A DNA stretch of 64,000 nucleotides from a virus. Both the position numbers and the translations under genes were made by a program. The DNA is taken from positions 32,770 to 96,769 of IMG/VR virus record IMGVR_UViG_3300045988_069781; one strand, given 5' to 3'. The notes under the pieces are model-generated. The model did not search any database and was not told the DNA's origin. It saw only the letters and a program-made list of their open reading frames with translations. Position 1 is the first letter of the stretch; every line of letters starts with the position of its first letter. Shown here piece by piece: positions 51,994-60,939 of this stretch.

Positions 51994-54096
51994 TTATTTT
52001 GATTTTAGGGTTTGTAAATAGTTGTAGGCTTTGATACAGTCGTCTTTGGAGAGGATCTGATTATTATAGATACCTAAATTCTTAAAAGCTATTTGTGCAT
52101 AATTATTTAAGTTAAATCCTATATTCAAACCTGATTTAACGATCTTAAAATTTTGATCTGCGGTATATTCATACTCAACCCAATTTCGATCATATAATCT
52201 ACCATCTGAGCAAATAGCATGCAATGATTTAGTTCCAAAACTTTGTAAACTACGTGGATTATTAATAGATATAAGCAATCCATTAGCAGTGTTATACAGA
52301 TAAACATTTTGAGCTTTTACAATGCCACAATTGATCTGAACATTTGATAACAATTCCCAATCTCCAACAATCGTCCAATCTTCGTTCATTGTAAAACTAG
52401 AGCTCTGAACTTTATCATCCACCCCATCAGTAACTAGATAGCCTTCGTATTCGGGGATTTGCTCAACTAAAACATCTACTTCTTGTGAAGAATTATAACA
52501 TATACCATTTATCGAAGTTGCAGCATACTGTTTTTGGAAAGTATATATACCATCCTTGATTATTTTAATATAATCACCACTTTTATTTGCATTTCCAACT
52601 ATACAGCTATCCCCTTCTTTCATACCTGTGATACGTATCTTCCAGGCAGCAGAATTAGATGTATTTGATAAAACCAAAACATTACCGCTATTCCCAGTTC
52701 CGATTATTCTAAACGAATCTTTTTTTACATCTGTGGGCTTAACTACATTATCTCTAAGATCAAATGAGTTGAAATTATATGCATACAACCCATACCCACT
52801 CCCTTCTGCAAACCCAAAATTAGACAGTACAAGATCATTACCATTACCCGTAATATTTGTAATGGTAGCCCTGTCTGTGTCTTCGTTGGTTTTGCCGGTG
52901 ACTGTCCATGCTTGGTCGGGAAAGAGCCAGGGATATTCCTGTTTGTAATAGTCTTGGATTTTTTGGAGTTCTTCTTCGGTGGCATCGTGATCGAGGATAC
53001 AAATTTCCCAAACGGCTGCGTTGACATAATAGCTTCTGCTCCCCATTCTCCCTACATAAAAAATATCAACTCCTTTTTCTAAAGAACCAATATTTATAGC
53101 TTTACCATTATATGAAGTAGATGTTTGATATGTGAAAGGCATAGAAAGCGTACCTGATTCAACGGTAGTATAGCCACCAAAGCTGAACGAACTTTTAGAA
53201 CCCCTGTTAAAATCCTCAAAGACAAAAGCGCCATCAGTCCTATTGTTTCCATTCGTCATCAAACCATAAAATAGATTATCGTTAGGTGTGGTTATCCATT
53301 GTCTTAAAACCACAACCGTATATCCCTTTTCCTTAGTCAAAATAGGGAAATTCTCACAAACACCATAATCGTCTACTCCGTCAGAAACGAGTGCGCCGGG
53401 GTAGAGGGGAAGTTGTTCGATGGTAATATTGCAATCTATAGGATAGGTTTGGGACATCACTTTCCACTTCATATTATATCTACTATCGTAATCATACGAC
53501 GGCAAAGTATATATACCATCGTTCTTTATTTCTATCCATAATTCTTTCCCATCATTAAATACACCATAATGCAAATATATATCATCCGTTAATCCTTTTA
53601 TCAATACTTTGTACTCAACAGATTTAAGGCTTGCCCTTGTTTCAAATAACGCATTATTTGTTTTAGCACTTGTAATATGGATTGTATTATCAGTAACTTC
53701 ACCTGTACCAAATGTCCCTTGAGTAATATAATTTGCCCAAATGCTAGAATCACCCCAGTTTAATTTATATCCACCTACTCCGGACATCCCACCCCAAAGG
53801 AAGTTCTTCATTTGCAAGTCATGTCCATTACCTGTCTTATCTACCCACACAGGATTTTCTTTCATCTGCTCATTAGTAAGACCGGAAGCGGAATATCTTG
53901 CAATCATACCAGGAATAGATGGGAAATCATCATCGTCGCCTTCTGAAGTAGGGGTATAAAGACCATATTTACGTTGAGCTTGTTCTTCCATTAATTTCCT
54001 GTATTGCTCATACCAAGACTTATAATCTAATACAGGACCTGCTACACTTATAAGCTTATCTGTATCTTCTACATGTGTTTCATAATGTTTCTTCAT
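51994..54096 (-). CDS. tail fibre/receptor-binding-type protein with two LamG-like modules (700 aa)
   Basis: Internal duplication: LPLYPGALVSDGVDDYGV and IPEYEGYLVTDGVDDKVQ. The DGxDD pattern is typical of laminin-G/concanavalin-like jelly rolls. Confidence 0.65.
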   Translation of the reverse strand: MKKHYETHVEDTDKLISVAGPVLDYKSWYEQYRKLMEEQAQRKYGLYTPTSEGDDDDFPSIPGMIARYSASGLTNEQMKENPVWVDKTGNGHDLQMKNFLWGGMSGVGGYKLNWGDSSIWANYITQGTFGTGEVTDNTIHITSAKTNNALFETRASLKSVEYKVLIKGLTDDIYLHYGVFNDGKELWIEIKNDGIYTLPSYDYDSRYNMKWKVMSQTYPIDCNITIEQLPLYPGALVSDGVDDYGVCENFPILTKEKGYTVVVLRQWITTPNDNLFYGLMTNGNNRTDGAFVFEDFNRGSKSSFSFGGYTTVESGTLSMPFTYQTSTSYNGKAINIGSLEKGVDIFYVGRMGSRSYYVNAAVWEICILDHDATEEELQKIQDYYKQEYPWLFPDQAWTVTGKTNEDTDRATITNITGNGNDLVLSNFGFAEGSGYGLYAYNFNSFDLRDNVVKPTDVKKDSFRIIGTGNSGNVLVLSNTSNSAAWKIRITGMKEGDSCIVGNANKSGDYIKIIKDGIYTFQKQYAATSINGICYNSSQEVDVLVEQIPEYEGYLVTDGVDDKVQSSSFTMNEDWTIVGDWELLSNVQINCGIVKAQNVYLYNTANGLLISINNPRSLQSFGTKSLHAICSDGRLYDRNWVEYEYTADQNFKIVKSGLNIGFNLNNYAQIAFKNLGIYNNQILSKDDCIKAYNYLQTLKSK

Positions 54097-54098
54097 AC

Positions 54099-54560
54099 TT
54101 ATAAGTTATTTATTGTTATTGTTATTTGTTCTTTATTATCCATCGCCTTCTGAAGTAGGGGTATAAGCTTGTTATAAGCTACAGTAGAATTAGATATCCA
54201 ATCTTCTTTCATCCCATCCCAAGTACCTACCAGTATACATCCACTTGAATCTTTGGCGCTAGAATTGCCCGTATGAATACGTATACCTAAGAAGTGAGGT
54301 ACATTAAGTATCTCAGGCATAATACGCTTAAAACGGTTAGAATAGCTTAATTTCACCTCATACGTACCAGCAGGTACAGCAGTATCCCCATACACCTTTT
54401 CCTTGCATTTACATGCAATTCCTTTAGGTGTATTAGGACATACTTCAGGTAATGGTCTTACTGGATCTTCAAGTGTATCCGATATATACGCACCATCTAC
54501 ATATAACTCCCCAATAGTATATTCATTAGTACGAAATATTCTATCTAATCTGAGTTTCAT
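54099..54560 (-). CDS. putative cell-wall hydrolase-like protein (YkuD-like H...SxGC motif)
   Basis: 153 aa. IRIHTGNSSAKDSSGCILVG resembles the His ... Ser-x-Gly-Cys catalytic signature of L,D-transpeptidase-fold enzymes. It lies near the holin. Confidence 0.35.
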   Translation of the reverse strand: MKLRLDRIFRTNEYTIGELYVDGAYISDTLEDPVRPLPEVCPNTPKGIACKCKEKVYGDTAVPAGTYEVKLSYSNRFKRIMPEILNVPHFLGIRIHTGNSSAKDSSGCILVGTWDGMKEDWISNSTVAYNKLIPLLQKAMDNKEQITITINNL

Positions 54561-55075
54561 TATGCAGCAGGTGTTTCTAATGCAGCAACTCTCTTTTCTA
54601 AACCGTTTACTTTAAGAGTTAATGCAGCGATTAATTCTCTTACTTCAGAATCATTATAATTAGTCAAACCAGCAAGTCTATTCTTTTCCTCAGTAGTATA
54701 ATCGTTAGTGGATAAACCTTTACCGGTTTGTCTATCTACTTTACCTTCAATAAGTTTCGCATGTGTATTAATAACATCAATTAATTCAGGTAAACTATCC
54801 ATAATTTCAGGAGCATCTCCAATTAAAGCATCAATCTTAGCTTCAATTTCATTTTCACGTCCAGTTGCCCTACTTATTTCAGAAGTAAGATCACTTCTTA
54901 GATCTTTAATATCTGATGTGGCTGTATTATTTACATAAACCCAATCCTTACCATTAAAATATTTCAAATCACCACCGTTAGGATTAGATGCTAAATCAGC
55001 CCAATACTTAACAGATGCAGGATTAGGTTTAATTGTACTCCCTAATATATCGTATTTATTATTATATGTATTCAT
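54560..55075 (-). CDS. fibre protein with coiled coil (171 aa)
   Basis: GKGLSTNDYTTEEKNRLAGL is the same motif seen in the DGR target protein. A heptad-like stretch follows. Confidence 0.65.
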   Translation of the reverse strand: MNTYNNKYDILGSTIKPNPASVKYWADLASNPNGGDLKYFNGKDWVYVNNTATSDIKDLRSDLTSEISRATGRENEIEAKIDALIGDAPEIMDSLPELIDVINTHAKLIEGKVDRQTGKGLSTNDYTTEEKNRLAGLTNYNDSEVRELIAALTLKVNGLEKRVAALETPAA

Positions 55076-55083
55076 AAGTTATT

Positions 55084-55117
55084 AAAATAAAAAAGGTTGA
55101 CTATTTAGTCAACCTTT
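55084..55117 (-). terminator. intrinsic terminator
   Basis: 10-bp stem AAAGGTTGAC / GTCAACCTTT (55092-55101 / 55108-55117), followed on the - strand by a U-rich run. Confidence 0.6.
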
Positions 55118-55122
55118 GTGTT

Positions 55123-55323
55123 TTAGATTTCAATTTGTTTCTCCTCAGCTTGAGGAACCTTTTCATTAACCTCTGGACGAACAGTAGTTACGTTTTGTAA
55201 AAGTTGCTTAAGCTCTTTCACTTCAGCTTTTAATTCATCAAGTTCTTTGAAATCTTTTGTCACATTGGTTGTTATGTCCGGAGTTGTATTAAGTAATTTT
55301 AAGATGTCTTCACATCTCCTCAT
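55123..55323 (-). CDS. small coiled-coil protein (66 aa)
   Basis: ATG ORF immediately upstream of the terminator. Confidence 0.5.
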   Translation of the reverse strand: MRRCEDILKLLNTTPDITTNVTKDFKELDELKAEVKELKQLLQNVTTVRPEVNEKVPQAEEKQIEI

Positions 55324-55427
55324 CTCTTCATCGTATTTTAATACGCTTTTCTTTTTAACTTTGCAGTCATTAAATGCATAGTTTCAATTTATTTATTGAT
55401 TAATATTAAATTGAAATATTTTGCAAA

Positions 55428-56027
55428 TTACTTTGTAATTTTGATAACTCGAGTATCTAATACTCTTATTAAATCATTAGAATTGATAATTTTGTAAGAT
55501 TCGACTTTATCTTTTTTAAAGTCAAAATGTATTAACCGTTGAAACCAGTTTTTATATTTCTTTCTATATACTTTTTCTTCGGTTATAAATAAATCTTGAT
55601 GATTATATATTTCTGGAATACAGGTTATAACTGAATCCATTCTATTTATTTTGATTGTAGTCAATGGATTTGACTGAAGTTCTACATTGAAGTTTCTATC
55701 TATAGGTATTGTCTTTACTATAGTGTCTGTTAATACTGTGGACATACTCATTACTTCTTTTAACTTCTTGTTCTTTATTTTAAGTTGATCTTGTGTTTTT
55801 GATAACTCTTGTATTAAACTATCTTTAGAATGTTTGAAATCTTCTATACTAAGTTTTAATACTCTATTTTCATTTTGTTTATTACTTAGGATCGATTGAT
55901 AAGATTCAATATTATTACGAGCATCTCCCAACTCTTCATCCAGTTTATTTACTTTGTTTCTTAAGACATAATTGGATATTCCTAAGTAAGTTATAATGGT
56001 TATTATCAATACTCTAAGATAATTCAT
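55428..56027 (-). CDS. N-terminally anchored coiled-coil protein, possible lysis accessory or spanin-like (199 aa)
   Basis: N-terminal TM segment LRVLIITIITYLGISNYVL, then a coiled coil. It is adjacent to the holin. Confidence 0.45.
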   Translation of the reverse strand: MNYLRVLIITIITYLGISNYVLRNKVNKLDEELGDARNNIESYQSILSNKQNENRVLKLSIEDFKHSKDSLIQELSKTQDQLKIKNKKLKEVMSMSTVLTDTIVKTIPIDRNFNVELQSNPLTTIKINRMDSVITCIPEIYNHQDLFITEEKVYRKKYKNWFQRLIHFDFKKDKVESYKIINSNDLIRVLDTRVIKITK

Positions 56028-56028
56028 A

Positions 56029-56574
56029 TCATTTAATCTTTTTTACTAATTTCTTAATCTTTGGTAAATCTTCTTTGTCAATTGTGATATCTAAATATTT
56101 CTCACCTTTCTTCTTAATAAACTTGCTGAATATTTTCCACGGTCCAGTAGGATCTAATGTTTGCAAATTCTCTACCATTGACCATAGTTCTACACCAGCA
56201 ACGAGACCAGCAAAGCCTTCAACTAAATGTGCATCAACAGATATTAATATGTATTCATCTACTAGATGACCACAGCTTATCATTAATGAACTAAAACAAA
56301 GCTTTTTAACAGTTGACCAAATTTTTCTAGATTGGATTTTTTTTCCATTGTTTAATGAAACACGAATGCCTAATATCATATCAATGATTATCAGTATTCC
56401 TACTGCAACAATAGGTAACCAAATAGGCAAAAAGAAAGTACTCATAGCACCAGCTAAAGTAGTACTAATGCATGTAAAAAATTTAATTGGACCATCATTT
56501 ATTAGTTCTTTAAAATAATTCACTGTAGAAACACTTGAGGCTTTTATTATAATATCATTTATATATCTAAACAT
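56029..56574 (-). CDS. holin (Phage_holin_4_1/TcdE-like)
   Basis: Several TM helices. ELWSMVENL resembles the conserved E-x-x-S-x-x-EN signature. Basic C-terminal tail. Confidence 0.6.
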   Translation of the reverse strand: MFRYINDIIIKASSVSTVNYFKELINDGPIKFFTCISTTLAGAMSTFFLPIWLPIVAVGILIIIDMILGIRVSLNNGKKIQSRKIWSTVKKLCFSSLMISCGHLVDEYILISVDAHLVEGFAGLVAGVELWSMVENLQTLDPTGPWKIFSKFIKKKGEKYLDITIDKEDLPKIKKLVKKIK

Positions 56575-56746
56575 GATTGAAGATTCGTAAAACTTTGAAA
56601 AAACAAAACGCTAGACAATCTAAAAGAATGCTAGCGTTCTGAAAATTATATGATACTTAGAGCTTGATATATAAAGTAAACGATTGTGTCTAACAAAGGT
56701 TCCTCTTTGTAAGAGGACTATTACATACCTAATAGCGGTTATTAAA

Positions 56747-57985
56747 TTATCTTTCTTTGAAGGGAAGAAGGGTAAAAGGTAAAACTGTATACCCGTCATC
56801 TTTACCTGGTTGAGTAGAAGCCCCGTTCGGCCAATAAAGTACCGCGTTATTATAAGCCCCATACTGGGTGCAAGTTTGAATAGATACACTTCCCCATAAA
56901 GGAAGACCCAACGTGTTCAAAATATCTTCCACTTGTGTTTTGTAAGAATATAAAGTGGTTAACTCACCGAATGAAGGTAAATAACCAAACTGTTCGTTCT
57001 CAAACATATATGTTTTAACGTATTTTGCCGCAGGCGCATTGCTGGGATTTAATTGAAGCAGTATTGCATTGGTATAAATGAAACCATGTGTTGCTCTATA
57101 TATGTTTTGAGTTCCTACACCACTACCTAACATTGGTACATTGGAAATCAAAGTACCTTGACCCCCAAAAGCATAACTTGCAGCACTTTTACTTGTCGAC
57201 ACCATAAACGAATTAGTATCGGTTGAAATGCCTATACCACATACATCAGATGTTCCTTTACCAGACGATACCCATTCTTCTTTTGTGTAACGATTATCGT
57301 CTTTATCATAGATATACACACCATTTGGAACAGGATTGTATTCATAGGTACAGAAAGGACGAACATTAAAAATAGAAGTTTTAGTTGCGTCATACTGTAC
57401 TGCAGAGTTCCAACCGACATAACAAGCTTGTCTTTCGTCACTTTGAGTTGAAGTCCAGTACGAATTACCTTCAATAGCCATTCCGCCAGCCGCACTAATA
57501 GAAGCTTCTATCATTACTTTATTTAATCGAGCTACATTCCATTGTCCACAAGAAGGCAAGAACCAAGAATAGGCACCAAATCCTTCTGTAGAATAAGCCG
57601 AACATTTATGAGCTGCCGTGCTCTGTGTCGGTAGTGCCAATACGATTTTTTGAGAATTTGTCTTGCCTGCAAAATCACAAAGAGCTAAAGATTCACTTTT
57701 TTCAGTTACTATACCCGAAATAAGTTCACTTGTTTGCGCCCAGGGTGACGTGTCTACCTCTCGCAAAGCAATAAAATCAAAATCCTTACTTCTTACATCA
57801 GTGATAACCCCAACACATGTTTTAGTACTATCTAATTCAGCAGACCACGTTTTGTCACTATATACAAAATCACCGATTCCAGGACGCGGAAGAGGCTCTA
57901 CTGGCCACACTTTAGTACTACCCAAATACATAGCTTTTACTTCGGTAGTACCAACATATGCATTTTTAATATCTTTATTAGTCAT
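56747..57985 (-). CDS. fibre/adhesin-like protein with two DUF1566-like (YWTST...VRPF) modules (412 aa)
   Basis: SYWTSTQSDERQACYVGWNSAVQYDATKTSIFNVRPF plus a second, degenerate copy. The overlapping ORF 56620..56889 is discounted. Confidence 0.65.
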   Translation of the reverse strand: MTNKDIKNAYVGTTEVKAMYLGSTKVWPVEPLPRPGIGDFVYSDKTWSAELDSTKTCVGVITDVRSKDFDFIALREVDTSPWAQTSELISGIVTEKSESLALCDFAGKTNSQKIVLALPTQSTAAHKCSAYSTEGFGAYSWFLPSCGQWNVARLNKVMIEASISAAGGMAIEGNSYWTSTQSDERQACYVGWNSAVQYDATKTSIFNVRPFCTYEYNPVPNGVYIYDKDDNRYTKEEWVSSGKGTSDVCGIGISTDTNSFMVSTSKSAASYAFGGQGTLISNVPMLGSGVGTQNIYRATHGFIYTNAILLQLNPSNAPAAKYVKTYMFENEQFGYLPSFGELTTLYSYKTQVEDILNTLGLPLWGSVSIQTCTQYGAYNNAVLYWPNGASTQPGKDDGYTVLPFTLLPFKER

Positions 57986-57987
57986 AG

Positions 57988-58986
57988 TTAACCTATTATT
58001 ATATAAAGGGTATTAGAATCTTTAACAGTAAGTTTATCGTATGCCACTTGATTCAATTTTATTATATTAGTTACAGTGTCACTGGTTACAGGTACACCTA
58101 CGGAATTTATGTATGAAAGCGCATAACCTTTTGAAGAATCGCTTATAATGAGAGCTACTTGACCAACCTTTTTTGAACTCATAATGGAGTAATAATAGTC
58201 ATAAAAAGTAATATTGGATACTATATTTATATTATTACTTGTATCATAATTTAAAAACGCTCCTAAAATAGGCTCATTTGTACCAGATGATCCAAATTTA
58301 CCTGGTTCTGCTTTATCATAATTTATAAAATACATGTAATCATTACTTGGAGTTATCTTACCATCAAAAGCAGATACAATAGCATTATACTCTTGTACTG
58401 TAACTGTAGTTTTGCTCTTATCCTCAAACTTAATAGCATTAATAGCATCAAGAATATTATTCTGAGTTTCTTGTGGTAATACTCCGCTACTGGTTGTTAT
58501 TGCTTTGTATTTACCGTTGTCGGAGAGGTATTTTGTACCGGAGCCAGTATTTTGTAAACTTTGTTGATTAGATACCAAAGTATAGGTCTTGTTACTCTTA
58601 TTAAGAGTAACGGTTACTATGTTCAATTGTATATGGCCATTATCGGGTTTTACCACTAAAAAATCTGATGCAATACTATATGCTTCATCAGAATTATCAA
58701 TTGTTATCGGACCAAAGCCATCAGGGTCCGTCGCAATTCTTGCTGTTGTTATTCCTTTATTTACTACATCAACTACCTTTTGATAATTTTCCTCAGATAA
58801 TGTACCACTTTCATTTGGAAATAAAGTTACTAAATCAAGATACTGATTGCTAGCTATAATCTCTGACCATTGTTTATCTTTCCTACCATATGTCTTACCA
58901 TCTGAAGGTGCATCAGGAAATTCTTCTATACCGTAATTGGGTAGTTTTACCCACTCTCCATCTTTCTTTATTTTTATTGTACCCAT
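57988..58986 (-). CDS. tail fibre-associated protein (332 aa)
   Basis: ORF packed 2-3 nt from its neighbours. Confidence 0.7.
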   Translation of the reverse strand: MGTIKIKKDGEWVKLPNYGIEEFPDAPSDGKTYGRKDKQWSEIIASNQYLDLVTLFPNESGTLSEENYQKVVDVVNKGITTARIATDPDGFGPITIDNSDEAYSIASDFLVVKPDNGHIQLNIVTVTLNKSNKTYTLVSNQQSLQNTGSGTKYLSDNGKYKAITTSSGVLPQETQNNILDAINAIKFEDKSKTTVTVQEYNAIVSAFDGKITPSNDYMYFINYDKAEPGKFGSSGTNEPILGAFLNYDTSNNINIVSNITFYDYYYSIMSSKKVGQVALIISDSSKGYALSYINSVGVPVTSDTVTNIIKLNQVAYDKLTVKDSNTLYIIIG

Positions 58987-58987
58987 A

Positions 58988-59632
58988 TTATACTAAAGTT
59001 ACATAGTTATCTACTAAACTTGACAAATCATGTGAAAGTGGCATTTCACTATTCCTAATACATAAATACACTTTACTGTTCTGTGTATAGTATTTATCCT
59101 TAAATAATTCCATAGGTGGTATATAAGGTATTGGATCTTCTAATGTACCAGCATGATCTTTATCAACCACTTTATATAAAGATGCTGTATCTACTCCAGG
59201 AATCCAATTCTCTTGTAAAGTATGATTCTGTATTACCTCATATAGTACATCTGAATTATCTGTTACTACTCTAAATCTAAAACCCTTAGTAACAGAAGTA
59301 CCATAAGAAGCATCTCCTTTTCCCCATACAGGATAAAGTGTTTTCATTTCTAAAGCTTTATCCGCAGTAAGTGAAGAAGCGTTAATTATAGTTCTAATAA
59401 AATTAATAGCTTGTGCTTGTTCATTATCAAACTGTCCTGTATCAACTATTTTCTTTATTTCGTCATAAGATGGATAATGATTAAATACATGTTCATTGTA
59501 TTTATAATGAATAATATCATCTTCAGTTTCCTTATCCTTATCTACTTGAACGTCCCATCTTACTGCCCATTCATTTAAACCTAAGTATTCAACAGAAATA
59601 GGGATGCTATTACTATGTACAATTCTTGTCAT
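58988..59632 (-). CDS. protein with CBM5/12-like carbohydrate-binding motif (214 aa)
   Basis: LYEVIQNHTLQENWIPGVDTASLY resembles the Y..q.HtSq..W.P......LW motif. Confidence 0.55.
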   Translation of the reverse strand: MTRIVHSNSIPISVEYLGLNEWAVRWDVQVDKDKETEDDIIHYKYNEHVFNHYPSYDEIKKIVDTGQFDNEQAQAINFIRTIINASSLTADKALEMKTLYPVWGKGDASYGTSVTKGFRFRVVTDNSDVLYEVIQNHTLQENWIPGVDTASLYKVVDKDHAGTLEDPIPYIPPMELFKDKYYTQNSKVYLCIRNSEMPLSHDLSSLVDNYVTLV

Positions 59633-60644
59633 AACCTAATAATAAAATTTTAAGTTCTTTTATATTATTTGTTCCTGTGAATTTCTTCCACAAATTAAAG
59701 CAATTACCATATCTACACCATCCCCAGTAAGAAGATAGAGACCTGAATTTCTTATTAAAATTAATGTATTTAGTTTTCCTATAGAACTTCTTTTTCATAT
59801 CCTTTCTTAATTTCATATAACTGTGTCTAAAAACATAGCCTAAGAAATCAATTCCTCTATCATCTACAGGATATATTTGCCAATCATGTTTCACTTCTAA
59901 TTCAAGATGTGAGATCATGTATTCTTGTATCTTTTGTAATGCTTGATGTAATTCTTCTTTATTGGAAGAAAGTAGAACCATATCATCACGATATCTGAAG
60001 TAATGTTTAATCTTTAACTCCTGCTTTACCCATCTATCAAACCATGTTAAATAAAGATTAGCAGCAAATTGTGATATATAATTACCAATAGGTAATCCTT
60101 TATCTGTAGAATAAATTATCTCAGATATTAAATTTAGAAACCTTTTATCTTTGAATATTCTATTAAATAGATCCATCATAATCTTTTGATCTACAGAAGG
60201 AAAGAACTTCTTTACATCTAGTTTCAAACAATATTTAGTATTTTTTGGATCTGTTTTTAATGCATGTTTCAATCTTTTTACTGCTAAGTGAATACCTCTA
60301 CCTTTGATACAACTATAAGTATCTGAAGTAAATCGCTTAACTAAATAAGGTTCTATGACATTCATTATAGCGTGATGAGCTATACGGTCTGGAAAGTAAG
60401 GTAATCTGTATATTTCTCTTTCTTTATGACCTCTATCAGCAATAATAGTATAGATATCATATTCAGATGTTTTATAAGTACCTTCGATAAACATCCTTTG
60501 TAATTTTAATAAATTCTCATGTGAATGTTTATCAAATTTAGCAATACCATAACGTTTAGATTTGTTAAGTCTTGCTTTCTTATCTGCTAGAACAAGATTG
60601 TTAAAATCGATAATTCTATTGAAAATATTACCAATGCGTTTCAT
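59613..60644 (-). CDS. DGR-type reverse transcriptase
   Basis: RT motifs, including the DGR-diagnostic LPIGNYISQFAANLYL ([I/L]GxxxSQ) and the catalytic YRDD (FRYRDDMVLL). It lies immediately 3' of the TR. Confidence 0.9.
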   Translation of the reverse strand: MKRIGNIFNRIIDFNNLVLADKKARLNKSKRYGIAKFDKHSHENLLKLQRMFIEGTYKTSEYDIYTIIADRGHKEREIYRLPYFPDRIAHHAIMNVIEPYLVKRFTSDTYSCIKGRGIHLAVKRLKHALKTDPKNTKYCLKLDVKKFFPSVDQKIMMDLFNRIFKDKRFLNLISEIIYSTDKGLPIGNYISQFAANLYLTWFDRWVKQELKIKHYFRYRDDMVLLSSNKEELHQALQKIQEYMISHLELEVKHDWQIYPVDDRGIDFLGYVFRHSYMKLRKDMKKKFYRKTKYINFNKKFRSLSSYWGWCRYGNCFNLWKKFTGTNNIKELKILLLGYDKNCT

Positions 60645-60757
60645 TGCTATTTTGGTGTTAGGACCCGTTCGTCCAATACTACTAGGGTCCCTTCAAAGCA
60701 CCTGTTATTTTTCACCAAGGGGTGAGGCTGATCTAATTTATACAATAAAAAACTTCC

Positions 60758-60862
60758 AAAATTTCACTGTGAACTGATATTCGAATTCGAATTCGATGAA
60801 TCATAATTAGCATTCGAATAGAAGACTCTGCAATCAGACTCATTGTCTGAATTACCTGACTT
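60758..60862 (-). repeat. DGR template repeat (TR)
   Basis: Non-coding 105-nt copy of the VR. In the VR frame it reads K S G N S D N E S D C R V F Y S N A N Y D S S N S N S N I S S Q stop N F, with nine AAT codons. Confidence 0.9.
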
Positions 60863-60939
60863 ACTTTTTAATACATCTTCATCTAATCAAACCATTCTTT
60901 TAGATCCCGCCTTTGTTAATACTCTAGTTTATTATAGGT

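Noticed and set aside
56620-56889. 89-aa ORF overlapping the 3' end of the fibre gene 56747..57985
   Set aside because: It overlaps a much longer coherent ORF on the same strand in another frame and extends into the intergenic region. It is likely spurious.
60562-60777. 71-aa + strand ORF spanning the RT start, the DGR spacer and part of the TR
   Set aside because: It lies antisense to the RT start and to the structured DGR spacer and TR. The DGR RNA elements explain the region better.
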